From Macrostomum lignano (lineage: Eukaryota): a DNA stretch of 64,000 bases. The position numbers and the translations under genes are program-made. Position 1 is the stretch's first letter, and each line of letters starts with the position of its first letter. Shown in pieces: positions 1-13,200 of this stretch. The notes beneath the pieces are model-generated. The model did not search any database, was not told where the DNA came from, and saw only the letters and a list, made by a program, of their open reading frames with translations. The stretch is from positions 496,001 to 560,000 of the forward strand of contig NIVC01000042.1 in assembly GCA_002269645.1 (NCBI GenBank). The letters run 5' to 3'.

Positions 1-789
1 TGATATTCCAGAGAGCAAACATGCGCGGCCTCCTTTCCAAAGCGCTTCCTCAGCTCGGCAAGCAGAGCCTTCTTCTTCAGCTCGAAAACACGCGTGACAA
101 TATCCGGCCGGTCCTCAGGTCGCTGTCCAGGCAGCAGCTGTGCACTGATTTCCGGCCACTTAGGGTTGCACGTCGCCGTGACAAACAGGTCCGGCTTGCC
201 AAACTTTTGTACATAGGTCATGGCGTCTTGCAGCCTCTCCATCAGGTACCTTGGCCCGCCAACGAAGCTGGAGGACAGGAACACGTGCGCAGGCTTGCCA
301 ATATCAGTCGGATTTGTGTCGGTCGACCTGCCATCAGCAGCGAATAGAGCGTCTCGCAGACCGCTGTACGTCTCACTGCGCAGATCGCTCTGATGGGTCC
401 GCAGATAGAGCAGCCTCTCTGACTCAATCTTGGCGCACATGTCCACCAGGTACTGCTGGAACAGCCGCCGTCCGTGGTGCAGCAGGCTGCTATGGCCCGC
501 TCGCACCATGATTTCGCTGGCATAGTACTTCATCGGCGTCAGCTTGCGGCCATTGCTCATGCGCAGCTCCGGGTGCCAGCCGTCCTCGCCATGGGGGAAC
601 AGCAACACGTACTCCAGTGCATCATACGATCGGTGCGTTTTGCTAATCCTCTTGTAGCCGCCACCCCGCAGTTGAATGACAACATCTCGGCTAGTTGCTG
701 GCTCATCACCGTCTTCAGGGGCCTCAGTGTCCTCAGTGTCCTTAACAATGAGGATGCCGACCTCGTTTGCCGTGGGCAAATTGTAGCGC
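1..789 (-). CDS. Helitron RepHel exon 4 (Rep initiator domain, N-terminal part; continues beyond window)
   Basis: Hand translation is open to base 1: RYNLPTANEVGILIV...HRSYDALEYVLLFPHGEDGW...RLFQQYLVDMCAKIESERL...FVGGPRYLMERLQDAM...KPDLFVTATCNPKWPEI...DRPDIVTRVF...SLEYQ. These are canonical Helitron Rep-region motifs. CAG acceptor at 792-790. Absent from the ORF track because the frame has no stop inside the window. Confidence 0.93.
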
Positions 790-927
790 CTGATTTTGAA
801 CGGTAGTAACAAATGCTTTTAACAAAACTCTTTACAACGGTAAACATTCCTGTGTACACAGGCACAAAGCTTTAAAAGACAGGTTTTAAAATGTGTTCGA
901 ATCCCTTTTCAGTTATTGTTAGCTCAC

Positions 928-1512
928 CGAATGTGTTCCCCAGAAGGTCTTCGGTCCGGGTGAATCACGATTCGCGCATCCACAAGCTCCGGATCCTCCA
1001 TGATCCGCTGTGCTGCAGCCTTCAGGCTCCGAACGTAAAGGTTGCACTCGTGAAGCAACGTCTGTAGCAGCTCATGTAGCTCTGGCTTCACCCTATCGCT
1101 CAGACTCTGCTGGCTTTCGAGTTCGCGGTCAGTGAAGTACACCTGCCAGCCGCGAGGAACAGCAGACGCTTCAGCAAACAGCGGCATAGCAGTGTGGTGC
1201 AGCTGACCGCTGATGATGTAGCTGGGATTCCAGCCTGGCACCAACCGCGGCTTGGCACTCAGCGAGGTCAGGTGCAGCACAGAGTTGTAGCTCCGGATGT
1301 TGGTCAGGAACTCTGAGCTCATGCCATGCCGGCCCATGTACAGGTCAGCCAGCAGCTGTGGCACAGTCCGGGTGGGCAGCTTCACCTTGCCGCCAGCACA
1401 GCAGAAATTGCCTGTCTCCATGCGGAACAGCTTGGCACCGCAATGGTTGCATGCCCAGTCCATTGGCCCGCAGTCATGGGCTGGAGCTTCTGGCCTCGCC
1501 ATCGTCTCAGGC
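928..1512 (-). CDS. Helitron RepHel exon 3 (CxxC...CC zinc-finger-like region)
   Basis: CGPMDWACNHCGAKLFRMETGNFCCAGGKVKLP...IRSYNSVLHLTSL...GEHIR. GTGAG donor at 927 and CAG acceptor at 1515-1513 join in frame with exons 2 and 4. Confidence 0.9.
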
Positions 1513-1587
1513 CTGATAATAAAAATGGAATGTATCTCTTAGTAACTGTTAAATGTAAATGTAACTGTTCATTGTGTGTCAGTTTAC

Positions 1588-2172
1588 CTTGCAGTAGCGG
1601 GTCCGTCTTCAGCGCGGCCCGCAGTCTCATGTTCCGCCGGCATCGCGCTGGGGCCCTTGGCCTTTTTGGCCCTCTTGGCAGGAGTTCTGCTTGCTGCCAG
1701 GCTTGGGAACTCAGCATCTGTAAAGGCTTGCAAAAGCTCTCGAAGTCTCAGTGACTCGTAATGTTCATGGCGCAAAAGCACACGCACAATGGCATTAGGA
1801 GGGCGCAAATTAGCCCTGAAATATTGCATCACACTACCATTGGCCTGGTAAATGACCAGATCCACATCAAAGCAGCGGCTCAACAAAGAGGCAACTTCAT
1901 CTGAAACATAAATTCCTGCTTGAAAAGAGGAATTCACGATCTCATCAGCACTCTCAGGTGCAATGAGGCCATCTGCAATCAGCTGTGGCATGAGTTCTGC
2001 AACACGGCAAGACAAGTCCTGCCGCAGGGAGGCTGCGTCAGTTTCCAGCGGGGTTCCACGCAGCTGATCACACACAGCATAAAAAAAGCAATTGCCATCA
2101 CCAACAATGGGGATTACCTGCAACTGCTCAAAGGGTACTATAGTTTCTGTACCTTGCTGCTGGGTGTCCGAC
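1588..2172 (-). CDS. Helitron RepHel exon 2: OTU-family cysteine protease (deubiquitinase-like) domain
   Basis: IVGDGNCFFYAV (catalytic Cys box) and LLRHEHYESL (His box). TAG acceptor 2175-2173 and GTAAA donor at 1587; 585 nt, phase 2-2. Confidence 0.85.
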
Positions 2173-2359
2173 CTAAGGGGCAATGGGTGAACGTAAGCAC
2201 AGCAGCCTTAATTGGCTTTTTAAGACAATTCATTCCTCAAAAATCGTTATCCGCTTAATTTATACAGAATAAAATAGATACTACAAATTATCCCCTTCAA
2301 GGCAATTCAGAAAAAAACAAAAATAAAGACTTGTTATAAAAAGTTACTATACAACTCAC

Positions 2360-2622
2360 CTAGAAACCACAGCTCCACGGCAACGAATCCGATCGGCTTC
2401 CAGTCGGGCAGCCCACTCTGCCTCAGTCTCAGCCTCTCTGCGCTGAGCGTCCCGCTGCCGCTGTTCTTCCAGTCGGGCAGCTCGCTCTGCCTCAGTCTCA
2501 GCATGTCTGCGCTGAGCATCCCGCTGCCGCTGTTCTTCCAGTCGGGCAGCCTCGGATTCTGCCTGTCGCCGTCGCTTGGCATCGCGGCTCTTCTTTAAAC
2601 TGCTGGCGCCGCGTCGAACCAT
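2360..2622 (-). CDS. Helitron RepHel exon 1 (charged Arg/Glu repeat N-terminus)
   Basis: MVRRGASSLKKSRDAKRRRQAESEAARLEEQRQRDAQRR... has the charged helical repeat common at the start of animal Helitron ORFs. The GTGAG donor at 2359 splices in frame to exon 2. Confidence 0.8.
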
Positions 2623-3109
2623 GATTGAGAAATGAGAAGTGAAATGAAATTAGTTCAGAAAGAATGATATGGTTTGAAAGATGAAAGTTTGTGAATTTGG
2701 ATGTCTGAAGAATCAGATAAGGTGCCCTTGAGCCAAACTATTACAGGCTATTTATCATCCAGTGGGCTGAATTGGAGCTTATCTTAAGACGCAGGGTAGA
2801 AACTGAAAAATCGATAAAGAAGAAAGGGGTCTAAATCTAAAAAACCTATGATTTGGGGTGTGGGCTCTCCAGGCCCGTGTGTCCAAATTCCGGGGCAGAG
2901 GGCTCACAATGTACACTGGTCTGCGCCAGCCAGTGAAAAAAACTGTGAATGTAATCTATTTATGACTGTCTCGCCAGTGGGGTTGATACAGCTATGTACT
3001 TTTGACATAGTGAAATTCTTATCAGAGTTACCAGTATCACTGATATCAGTGATATCATCAATATCAGTGATAATCAGTATCACTTTTAACAAAACTGGTT
3101 TTGCAATGA

Positions 3110-3745
3110 TTCAAACTCTGGTTTAGCCATGATTCAAACTCTGGTTTAGCCATGAGTCAGACTCTCGTTTAGCCATGATTCAAACTCTGGTTTAGCCATG
3201 ATTCAGACTCTGGTTTAGCCATGATTCAAACACTGGTTTTAGCCATGATTCAAACGATGGTTTAGCCATGAGTCAGACTCTCGTTTAGCCATGATTCAAA
3301 CTCTGGTTTTGCCATGATTCAAACTTTGGTTTAGCCATGATTCAAACTCTGGTTTAGTCATGATTCAAACGATGGTTTAGCCATGACTTAAACTCTGGTT
3401 TAGCCATGATTCAAACAATGGTTTAGCCATGATTCAAACACTGGTTTTAGCCATGATTCAGACTCTGGTTTAGCCATGATTCAGACTCTGGTTTAGCCAT
3501 GATTCAAACACTGGTTTTAGCCATGATTCAGACTCTGGTTTAGCCATGATTTAAACTCTGGTTTAGCCATGATTCAGACTCTGGTTTAGCCATGATTCAG
3601 ACTCTGGTTTAGCCATGATTCAAACACTGGTTTTAGCCATGATTCAGACTCTGGTTTAGCCATGATTTAAACTCTGGTTTAGCCATGATTCAGACTCTGG
3701 TTTAGCCATGATTTAAACTCTGGTTTAGTCTGATTCAAGCTCTAT
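3110..3745. repeat. 23-bp minisatellite inside Helitron A, upstream of the ATG
   Basis: Unit ATGATTCAAACTCTGGTTTAGCC, about 27 degenerate copies. Confidence 0.95.
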
Positions 3746-3834
3746 TTTTGCAATGATTCAAAGTCAGATAATATTTTATTTACGAAGTGAATGAAAAAAA
3801 TAAATTTAAATAATCTTCAATCACTACTGGCTGA

Positions 3835-3908
3835 AATTTGACGCAGTGCAGAATCGAACCCTAGCCGAGCCTATAACCAATTCCTAGTGCCTACACATCG
3901 GCTATTCC
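3835..3908 (-). promoter_or_regulatory. Degenerate tRNA-like segment with A-box/B-box-like motifs in Helitron A
   Basis: Minus strand GGAATAGCCGATGTGTAGGC...GGGTTCGATTCTG. Homologous to 7262-7340 and 16672-16750. Does not fold into a full cloverleaf. Confidence 0.4.
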
Positions 3909-4957
3909 ATCATCTACAGTAGCAGTCCAGTCTGTTCGCATCTTTCTTGGCTATCTCTTTTCAATTGGAGAACATGAATTGTGGCCCTTATAATTCAATT
4001 CTTACAGCAAGTCAATTGGAGTAAAAAATTATGACATAATCAATTTCTCAGTCAGCCAGAATCAGTCTCAATTTAAGTTGGCAATATGGTTACGCAATTT
4101 CATTCAAGTTTTGTGTGCATTTGTTCGGCACTGTTTTCAACTTGTTGTGATGCAATCTTTATCACAATCGGAATTCAGTCAGTCAGTTTTTTCTCTAGCA
4201 TTCTTACAATGCATTTCAGGTCGAAAGAGCTGCTTGACCTTTGCAAAAAATCATGTTTTTCGAATATTTAATCCCTTTAACATTGAGCAATTTCTTAGCC
4301 AATATGCATGTACCGTCCCGGGAAAATTTCTGATCGAATGGTGCAAGTTTGAAGAAAATCGGTTGAGCCGTTCGGGAGAAAATCAATTACAAGCAAGCAA
4401 CCAAGCATTTCATTTTTAGTATATTAGACTAGCCATTTAGCCCCCCGCTGGGGAGCCTTGAAAATGACACCAATTGGTTTTTATTTTGGCACAAGAGTAA
4501 CCTTACTATAATCATCCAAAATTTTGATTTCCAATAATCAAAAATTACCTTTTCTCATTTTGGCAGAAATAAATTGTCATCAATCCGAATTTTATTGGCC
4601 AAAAAAGTTTCGTTCATCAGCTCAAAACCCTTTCTAAATCAGCAAATAGTGCTTATCCTTTCAAGCACAAACTCTTGATGCATATCGTCACTGGCCGGGG
4701 CATATTCTTATCCGCAGCAGGAGCTCAATATGCAAATCCCTGACGCCCTTAGACCCCCTCTCTATATTAGCCTAAATCAAAGGATCAAACCAGCGCAAAG
4801 GATTAAATGCGGTGGTATTTCCTATTAGCAGAAATCAGCATCACTTGTGTGTACTTTTTCATTATCTGAATTACATGAACTACTTGAGCCGTACTACCTG
4901 ACTATCTGACAATCGCCCAACAACTTAACACCCCCCAAAAAAATTCAGCCTTCGTCC

Positions 4958-5580
4958 ATGAGCCTTGACATCTCAGCAATTTCCACAGTAAGCCTTGAGA
5001 TCTCAGAAATTATCCCAGTAAGCCTTGAGATCTCAGCAATTCCCCCAGTAAGCCTTGACATCTCAGCAATTCCCCCAGTAAGCCTTGAAATCTCAGCATT
5101 CCCCCAGTAAGCATTGAGATCTCAGAAATTATCCCAGTAAGTTTTGAGATCTTAGCAATTCCCCCAGTAAGCCTTGACATCTCAGCAATTCCCCCAGTAA
5201 GCCTTGAAATCTCAGCATTCCCCCAGTAAGCATTGAGATCTCAGAAATTATCCCAGTAAGTTTTGAGATCTCAGCAATTTCCCCAGTAAGCCTTGACATC
5301 TCAGCGATTCCCCCAGTAAGCCTTGACATCTCAGCAATTCCCCCAGTAAGCCTTGACATCTCAGTAATTCCCCAAGTAAGCCTTTACATCTCAGCAATTC
5401 CCCCAGTAAGCCTTGACATCTCAGCGATTCCCCCAGTAAGCCTTGAAATCTCAGCGATTCCCCCAGTAAGCCTTGACATCTCAGCGATTCCCCCAGTAAG
5501 CCTTGACATCTAAGCAATGCCCCCAGTAAGCCTTGACATCTCAGAAATCCCCCCAGTAAGCTCTGAGATCTCAGCTTAGC
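4958..5580. repeat. 30-bp minisatellite in Helitron B
   Basis: Unit GCCTTGACATCTCAGCAATTCCCCCAGTAA, about 20 copies, with a decayed tail extending to about 5980. Confidence 0.95.
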
Positions 5581-7261
5581 AATTCCTCGATGAATCATTG
5601 ATGGTTGTCACGACGATCGCTCTATAATTTAACCAAAACCATAACCCTTAACCTGTAGTCGAATTTCAGCAATTCCCCAATGAGCTTTGGAAATGTTAGC
5701 AATTTCCCCATGAGCCTGAAAATTGAGTGACTAACCATTTGATATCTTGGCACTTGCATTTCAACAATTAATTTCAGCAATTTCACAAATGAACCTTGAA
5801 TTCAAAGCAATTCTCCCCAGAATGACATAATTATAGCAATTCCCCTTTGTCTTGATATCTTATAAATCCTTCCAAGAGTATTGATATATCACAGCAATTT
5901 GCCATACCAGCATTATGCTCGTAGCAATAGTCTTAGCAGTCTTAACAGTCTTAGCAATTCCCAATGAGACTTTTATTTTCGACAGGGCGCTTTTTTATGA
6001 TTGACATGATGATTCTTGTTCGTTTTTTCTTGCCTTTGCGTTTTCTTCTCTTTAAAAGAAGTTTATATTAAAAAATACAATACTTCACTATAGCTTTCTG
6101 CAGTTTAGCAATGGTTCACCAGCAGTTTAGCAATGCAGTTTAGCAATGGTTCACCAGCACTGCTTTGCACAATCAGTGAGCAGATGGCCACTAATCTTTG
6201 CATATGGCCATATTGCTTCTGCATAATCAAAACCATTTAAAATGTTTTTGCAACTTGCAGGGTAAATTTAATCTCCTTACATATTTATTATTTTATTATA
6301 TGCGTCAGATTAGCACTGCTCTCCCCGATTAGCGCTGCTCACCCAGATTAACAATACCCTTTGCAAATTAGCACTTACAGCAGATAAGCACTGCTCTTGA
6401 AGCTTAGCGTAGCCCCAGCGAAAGTATATATAAAATAAAATGTTAAAAATTTGCATGAATTCCCATAGGAAACAATGATTATTTTCACAAAGATAAATTC
6501 GCTGCTTCAATGTAGACTCGAACTGCCGACCTTCTACTAAAAGCCTTACACTATTCTAGAAGTTTAGTAACTTCGCACTTTAAAGTTAACCCCCTCCCCC
6601 CCAGAAATCGGCAGTTATCCCCACAACAACCTGAAATTAGCTATCACTTCTAATCCCGCAAACAGACTGCAGTCATACTCTTAGCAGCCTGCAGGTACTA
6701 CTGTCTACAACTTTCATTAGCATCGGCAAACTACAATAATTCACTCAGCAGTCCGCAGTTACTCGTATCCCCTCAACAACTTGCTCTGCTATGCACTCAT
6801 AAGTCTGGAGGAATACCTCAGCAGTTTTTTTCATTTTTTCCCTTTGCAGTCTGCATGAATGAGTCTTCTCAGCAATGATTCTTTCAGTATTCTGAAAATT
6901 TTCTCAGCATTTAGTAGGGCTCACTAATCAATTTTCGATACATATCGGCAGTCTTTTGCGCAGCTCAGCATTTAGCAGTACCTTCAGCTGTTTAGCTATT
7001 TAGCAGCATCGTCTGCAATTCGGAAGCAGTAATACACGAATCAGTTTTTTACAAATCAAATTTTAAAATGCACTGGCTGAAATCAAATCAAATTCAAATT
7101 GACAAAATCTAATTTGTTTAGCAACTTGTGCTGAATAGCAAAAATATTGTGCTGAATAGCAAATATAATTCATTGAGTGTGGCTTACTAATTAATAAAAA
7201 ATGATTCAATTAGTTGAGGCGCTAGGTAAAAATGAACTAATTTATTTAATTTTAATTATCG

Positions 7262-7340
7262 GCCGGCGAGGCGGACTCGAACCTTGGACCTTACGCCTAG
7301 CCTAAACCTATCCTAGTGCCTACACTGCGGCTATTCCGCC
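7262..7340 (-). promoter_or_regulatory. Degenerate tRNA-like segment with perfect B box in Helitron B
   Basis: Minus strand GGCGGAATAGCCGCAGTGTAGGC...GGTTCGAGTCC. A short D-arm-like GCC/GGC stem is present. Confidence 0.4.
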
Positions 7341-8807
7341 TACTGATGGGAGGGCGCAAAAATCAGCCATATATGCTTAGACATTGCGGTCAAATACATA
7401 GCAGTGATAGGCTGCTCAGTGTGCACAGGTTTGGTGCCGGCAGAGCCGTTCAGCCAAGGTCAGAAGAATGTACACACGCAGCCACTGAGCATTATTTTAT
7501 TTCAATACTTTTAAAATGCACTGGCTGATTTCTCTCTCCCTCCAGAGTGCCTGCGCAATGCTTGGCACACTGCCTCCACCTAAAAAGCTCAGAGTCAGTT
7601 TATAGCGAGAATATGCAGTACGCAGTTGTGGCGCAATCATTTAGAATTGGAATTCAGCCAGTCAATAATTCAACGTTGCTTGGCCTTCCATTAAAAAACA
7701 TTTAGAAAAACTTGTTTTTCGAATATTTAATCCCTTTAGCATTGAAGCAGATTAAAGAAATTTTAGCTGTCCTCTTTCCAGATAATTACAAAACTTTTGG
7801 CAAAAACGCAATTAAAATTGGTCAATTGGTTCGATCTCTAGAGCGCTACACGAATACACGAATACTAACTCAAAGTCTGTTCGAGTGAACGTCACACGAA
7901 GCAGCTATGACATAATTAAATATACAGGCAGTCAGTATCAGTCTAAATTAAAGTTTGCTATATGGTTACGCAATTTCTGCCTTTTAACTTGGCACAGTGT
8001 TTTCAAATTGTTGTGATGCAATCTTTATCACAATCAGAATTCAGCCAGCCAGTTTTTCTCTAGCATTCGTATAGTGCACTTCAAGTCGAAAGAGCTGCTT
8101 GAACTTTGCAAAAAACATGTTTTTCGAATATTTAATCCCTTTAGCATTGAAGCAGATACAAGAAATTTTAACCATACAATCCCAGGCTGATTACAAATCT
8201 TTTGGCGAAAACGCGATGAAAATCGGTGAAGAATTGCAGTCTCTAGAGCGTTATGGACAAACATACAAACAAACCTTAGAGATTTAGTATATTTAGACTA
8301 GCCATTTAGCCCCCCGCTGGGGAGCCTTGAAAATGACACCAATTGGTTTTTATTTTGGCACAAGAGTAACCTTACTATAAGTATCCAAAATGTTGTTTTC
8401 CATAAATCAAAAATTACCTTTTCTCATTTCGGCAAAAATAAACATCCATGAATCAGAACTTTCATCAGCCAAAACAGTTTCCTTCATCAGCCCAAAACCC
8501 TTTCTAAATCAGCAAATAGTGCTTATCCTTTCAAGCACAAACTATTACTGAATATCGTCACTGGAAGGAGCTCAATATGCAAATCCTGGATGGTCTTAGA
8601 CCCTCTCTCTATATTAGCCTAAATCAAAGAATCAAAGCTTTAATGAATGCACTGGTATATCCTATTAGCAGAAATCAGCATCACTTGTGTGTACTATTTC
8701 ATTATCTGAATTACATGACACATGAGCTACTTGAGCTGTACAACGTGACTATCTGACAATCGCCTAACAAACTAACCCCCCTCCCTCCAACAATTCAGCC
8801 ATCGTCC

Positions 8808-9560
8808 ATGAGCCTTGACATCTCAGCCATTCCCCCAGTAAGCCTTAACTTCTCAGCAATTCCCCCGTAAGCTCTGAGATCTCAGCAATTCCCCCAGTAA
8901 GCCTTGAGCTCTCAGAAATTCCCCCAGTAAGCCTTAAAATCTCAGCAACTGCCCCAGTAAAGCCTTGAGATCTCAGCAATTAGCCCCGTAAGCTCTGAGA
9001 TCTCAGCAATTCCCCAGTAAGCTTTGACATCTCAGTAATTCCCCCAGTAAGCCTTGACATCTCAGAAATTCCCTCAGTATGCTCTGAGATCTCAGCAATT
9101 CCCAGTGTAAGCTTTGACATCTCAGTAATTCCCCCAGTAAGCATTGAAATCTTAGCCATTCCCAGTAGGACTTGACATCTCAGCAATTCCCCCCAGTAAG
9201 CCTTGACACCTCAGCAATTCCCCTCGTAAGCCTCGACATATCAGCAATTCCCTCAGTAAGCCTTGATATCTCAGCAATCCCCCCAGTAAGCCTTGACATC
9301 TCAACCATTCAGCAATTCCCCCAGTAAGCCTTGAAATCTCAGAATTCCTCCAGAAAGCCTTGGTGTCTCAGCAGTTCCCTCATTAAGCCTCGACATCGCA
9401 GCAATTAAACTCAAGCCTCGACATCTACGCAAGTCTTCCAGCGCAGTATGCCTTGACATCCCAACAACCCGACTCTCCTCTCCCAAGAATTCAGCAATCC
9501 CCTTATAAGCCTTGATAATTCAGCAGTTTCTTTATGAGCCTTGTAACTCAGCGATTCCCC
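8808..9560. repeat. 30-bp minisatellite in Helitron C (same family as 4958-5580, more degenerate)
   Basis: Repeated GCCTTGA(C/G)ATCTCAGCAATTCCCCCAGTAA. Confidence 0.9.
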
Positions 9561-10239
9561 CATGAGCTTTGATATCTTAGCAAGTCTTTAATTGATGGTT
9601 GACAGCCGTTAATCTAAGATGGAACCAAAACTCACCTAAGCCCCTAACCCTAACGCAGAAGTAAGTCTTGGCATGTTAGCAATTTCCACCATGAGCCTTG
9701 AGTCTCAGCATTAAGGTAACCTCCTCAGTTATAAGCTTTGTAACCTGAATTTTACCGAAAGCCTTGACCTGTCAGCAACTCCTCGTAGAGCCAAAGCATT
9801 TAAGTAATTCGCCCCAAAAGCATTTAATCTTAGCAATTCCTCGATGAATCATTAATGATTGACACGACGATCGCTCTATAACTGAACCAAAACCATAACC
9901 CTTAACCTGCAGCCGGATTTCAGCAATTCCCCAATGAGCTTTGGAAATGTTAGCAATTTCCCCATGAGCCTGAAAATTGAGCGACTATCCTTTTGATATT
10001 TTGGCACTTGCATTTTAGCAATTACCTAATGAACCTTGACATTTAGTGAATTTCAGCTATTTCCTTTAGAAGCCTTTGAAATCCCGGTCATTTCCCTGTG
10101 AATCTTAGCATCTCAGCAGAGTCACAGCCTAAAGCATTACAGGAATCCCACCGTAAGCTTTGACATCTTAGAAACTCCTATTTGAGCCATAAATTTTGGC
10201 CACATTCACATGTATTGCGATCACAGCAATTCCTGTTGA

Positions 10240-13200
10240 GCCTTGAGCCACAGTATAATTCAGATATCCCCCATGAGCTCCTTGAGCCACAGTATAATTC
10301 AGATATCCCCCATGAGCTCCTTGAGCCACAGTATAATTCAGATATCCCCCATGAGCTCCTTGAGCCACAGTATAATTCAGATATCCCCCATGAGCTCCTT
10401 GAGCCACAGTATAATTCAGATATCCCCCATGAGCTCCTTGAGCCACAGTATAATTCAGATATCCCCCATGAGCTCCTTGAGCCACAGTATAATTCAGATA
10501 TCCCCATGAGCTCCTTGAGCCACAGTATAATTCAGATATCCCCCATGAGCTCCTTGAGCCACAGTATAATTCAGATATCCCCCATGAGCTCCTTGAGCCA
10601 CAGTATAATTCAGATATCCCCCATGAGCTCCTTGAGCCACAGTATAATTCAGATATCCCCCATGAGCTCCTTGAGCCACAGTATAATTCAGATATCCCCC
10701 ATGAGCTCCTTGAGCCACAGTATAATTCAGATATCCCCCATGAGCTCCTTGAGCCACAGTATAATTCAGATATCCCCCATGAGCTCCTTGAGCCACAGTA
10801 TAATTCAGATATCCCCCATGAGCTCCTTGAGCCACAGTATAATTCAGATATCCCCCATGAGCTCCTTGAGCCACAGTATAATTCAGATATCCCCCATGAG
10901 CTCCTTGAGCCACAGTATAATTCAGATATCCCCCATGAGCTCCTTGAGCCACAGTATAATTCAGATATCCCCCATGAGCTCCTTGAGCCACAGTATAATT
11001 CAGATATCCCCCATGAGCTCCTTGAGCCACAGTATAATTCAGATATCCCCCATGAGCTCCTTGAGCCACAGTATAATTCAGATATCCCCCATGAGCTCCT
11101 TGAGCCACAGTATAATTCAGATATCCCCCATGAGCTCCTTGAGCCACAGTATAATTCAGATATCCCCCATGAGCTCCTTGAGCCACAGTATAATTCAGAT
11201 ATCCCCCATGAGCTCCTTGAGCCACAGTATAATTCAGATATCCCCCATGAGCTCCTTGAGCCACAGTACAATTCAGATATCCCCCATGAGCTCCTTGAGC
11301 CACAGTATAATTCAGATATCCCCCATGAGCTCCTTGAGCCACAGTATAATTCAGATATCCCCCATGAGCTCCTTGAGCCACAGTATAATTCAGATATCCC
11401 CCATGAGCTCCTTGAGCCACAGTATAATTCAGATATCCCCCATGAGCTCCTTGAGCCACAGTATAATTCAGATATCCCCCATGAGCTCCTTGAGCCACAG
11501 TATAATTCAGATATCCCCCATGAGCTCCTTGAGCCACAGTATAATTCAGATATCCCCCATGAGCTCCTTGAGCCACAGTATAATTCAGATATCCCCCATG
11601 AGCTCCTTGAGCCACAGTATAATTCAGATATCCCCCATGAGCTCCTTGAGCCACAGTATAATTCAGATATCCCCCATGAGCTCCTTGAGCCACAGTATAA
11701 TTCAGATATCCCCCATGAGCTCCTTGAGCCACAGTATAATTCAGATATCCCCCATGAGCTCCTTGAGCCACAGTATAATTCAGATATCCCCCATGAGCTC
11801 CTTGAGCCACAGTATAATTCAGATATCCCCCATGAGCTCCTTGAGCCACAGTATAATTCAGATATCCCCCATGAGCTCCTTGAGCCACAGTATAATTCAG
11901 ATATCCCCCATGAGCTCCTTGAGCCACAGTATAATTCAGATATCCCCCATGAGCTCCTTGAGCCACAGTATAATTCAGATATCCCCCATGAGCTCCTTGA
12001 GCCACAGTATAATTCAGATATCCCCCATGAGCTCCTTGAGCCACAGTATAATTCAGATATCCCCCATGAGCTCCTTGAGCCACAGTACAATTCAGATATC
12101 CCCCATGAGCTCCTTGAGCCACAGTATAATTCAGATATCCCCCATGAGCTCCTTGAGCCACAGTATAATTCAGATATCCCCCATGAGCTCCTTGAGCCAC
12201 AGTATAATTCAGATATCCCCCATGAGCTCCTTGAGCCACAGTATAATTCAGATATCCCCCATGAGCTCCTTGAGCCACAGTATAATTCAGATATCCCCCA
12301 TGAGCTCCTTGAGCCACAGTATAATTCAGATATCCCCCATGAGCTCCTTGAGCCACAGTATAATTCAGATATCCCCCATGAGCTCCTTGAGCCACAGTAT
12401 AATTCAGATATCCCCCATGAGCTCCTTGAGCCACAGTATAATTCAGATATCCCCCATGAGCTCCTTGAGCCACAGTATAATTCAGATATCCCCCATGAGC
12501 TCCTTGAGCCACAGTATAATTCAGATATCCCCCATGAGCTCCTTGAGCCACAGTATAATTCAGATATCCCCCATGAGCTCCTTGAGCCACAGTATAATTC
12601 AGATATCCCCCATGAGCTCCTTGAGCCACAGTATAATTCAGATATCCCCCATGAGCTCCTTGAGCCACAGTATAATTCAGATATCCCCCATGAGCTCCTT
12701 GAGCCACAGTATAATTCAGATATCCCCCATGAGCTCCTTGAGCCACAGTATAATTCAGATATCCCCCATGAGCTCCTTGAGCCACAGTATAATTCAGATA
12801 TCCCCCATGAGCTCCTTGAGCCACAGTATAATTCAGATATCCCCCATGAGCTCCTTGAGCCACAGTATAATTCAGATATCCCCCATGAGCTCCTTGAGCC
12901 ACAGTATAATTCAGATATCCCCCATGAGCTCCTTGAGCCACAGTATAATTCAGATATCCCCCATGAGCTCCTTGAGCCACAGTATAATTCAGATATCCCC
13001 CATGAGCTCCTTGAGCCACAGTATAATTCAGATATCCCCCATGAGCTCCTTGAGCCACAGTATAATTCAGATATCCCCCATGAGCTCCTTGAGCCACAGT
13101 ATAATTCAGATATCCCCATGAGCTCCTTGAGCCACAGTATAATTCAGATATCCCCCATGAGCTCCTTGAGCCACAGTATAATTCAGATATCCCCCATGAG

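Larger units (their letters stand above)
1..4428 (-). mobile_element. Helitron unit A: putatively autonomous RepHel element; 5' end at 4428, 3' part outside the window
   Basis: Minus strand starts TCTAATATACTAAAAATGAAATG...CGGCTCAACCGATTTTCTTCAAAC, a typical Helitron 5'-TC terminus. It carries a 4-exon RepHel CDS that runs off the window edge. Confidence 0.9.
4429..8297 (-). mobile_element. Helitron unit B: non-autonomous, 3869 bp
   Basis: 5' TCTAAATATACTAAATCTC at 8297. 3' end is hairpin GCTCCCAGCGGGGGGC + TAAATGG + CTAG at 4429. Internally homologous to unit C. No coding capacity seen. Confidence 0.85.

Noticed and set aside
21-865. Short plus- and minus-strand ORFs listed in the track over bases 21-865
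   Set aside because: Shadow frames of the true Helitron Rep exon (789 to 1, minus strand).
9641-9654. CCCTAACCCTAAC telomere-like motif
   Set aside because: Only about two units inside a Helitron; compatible with chance.
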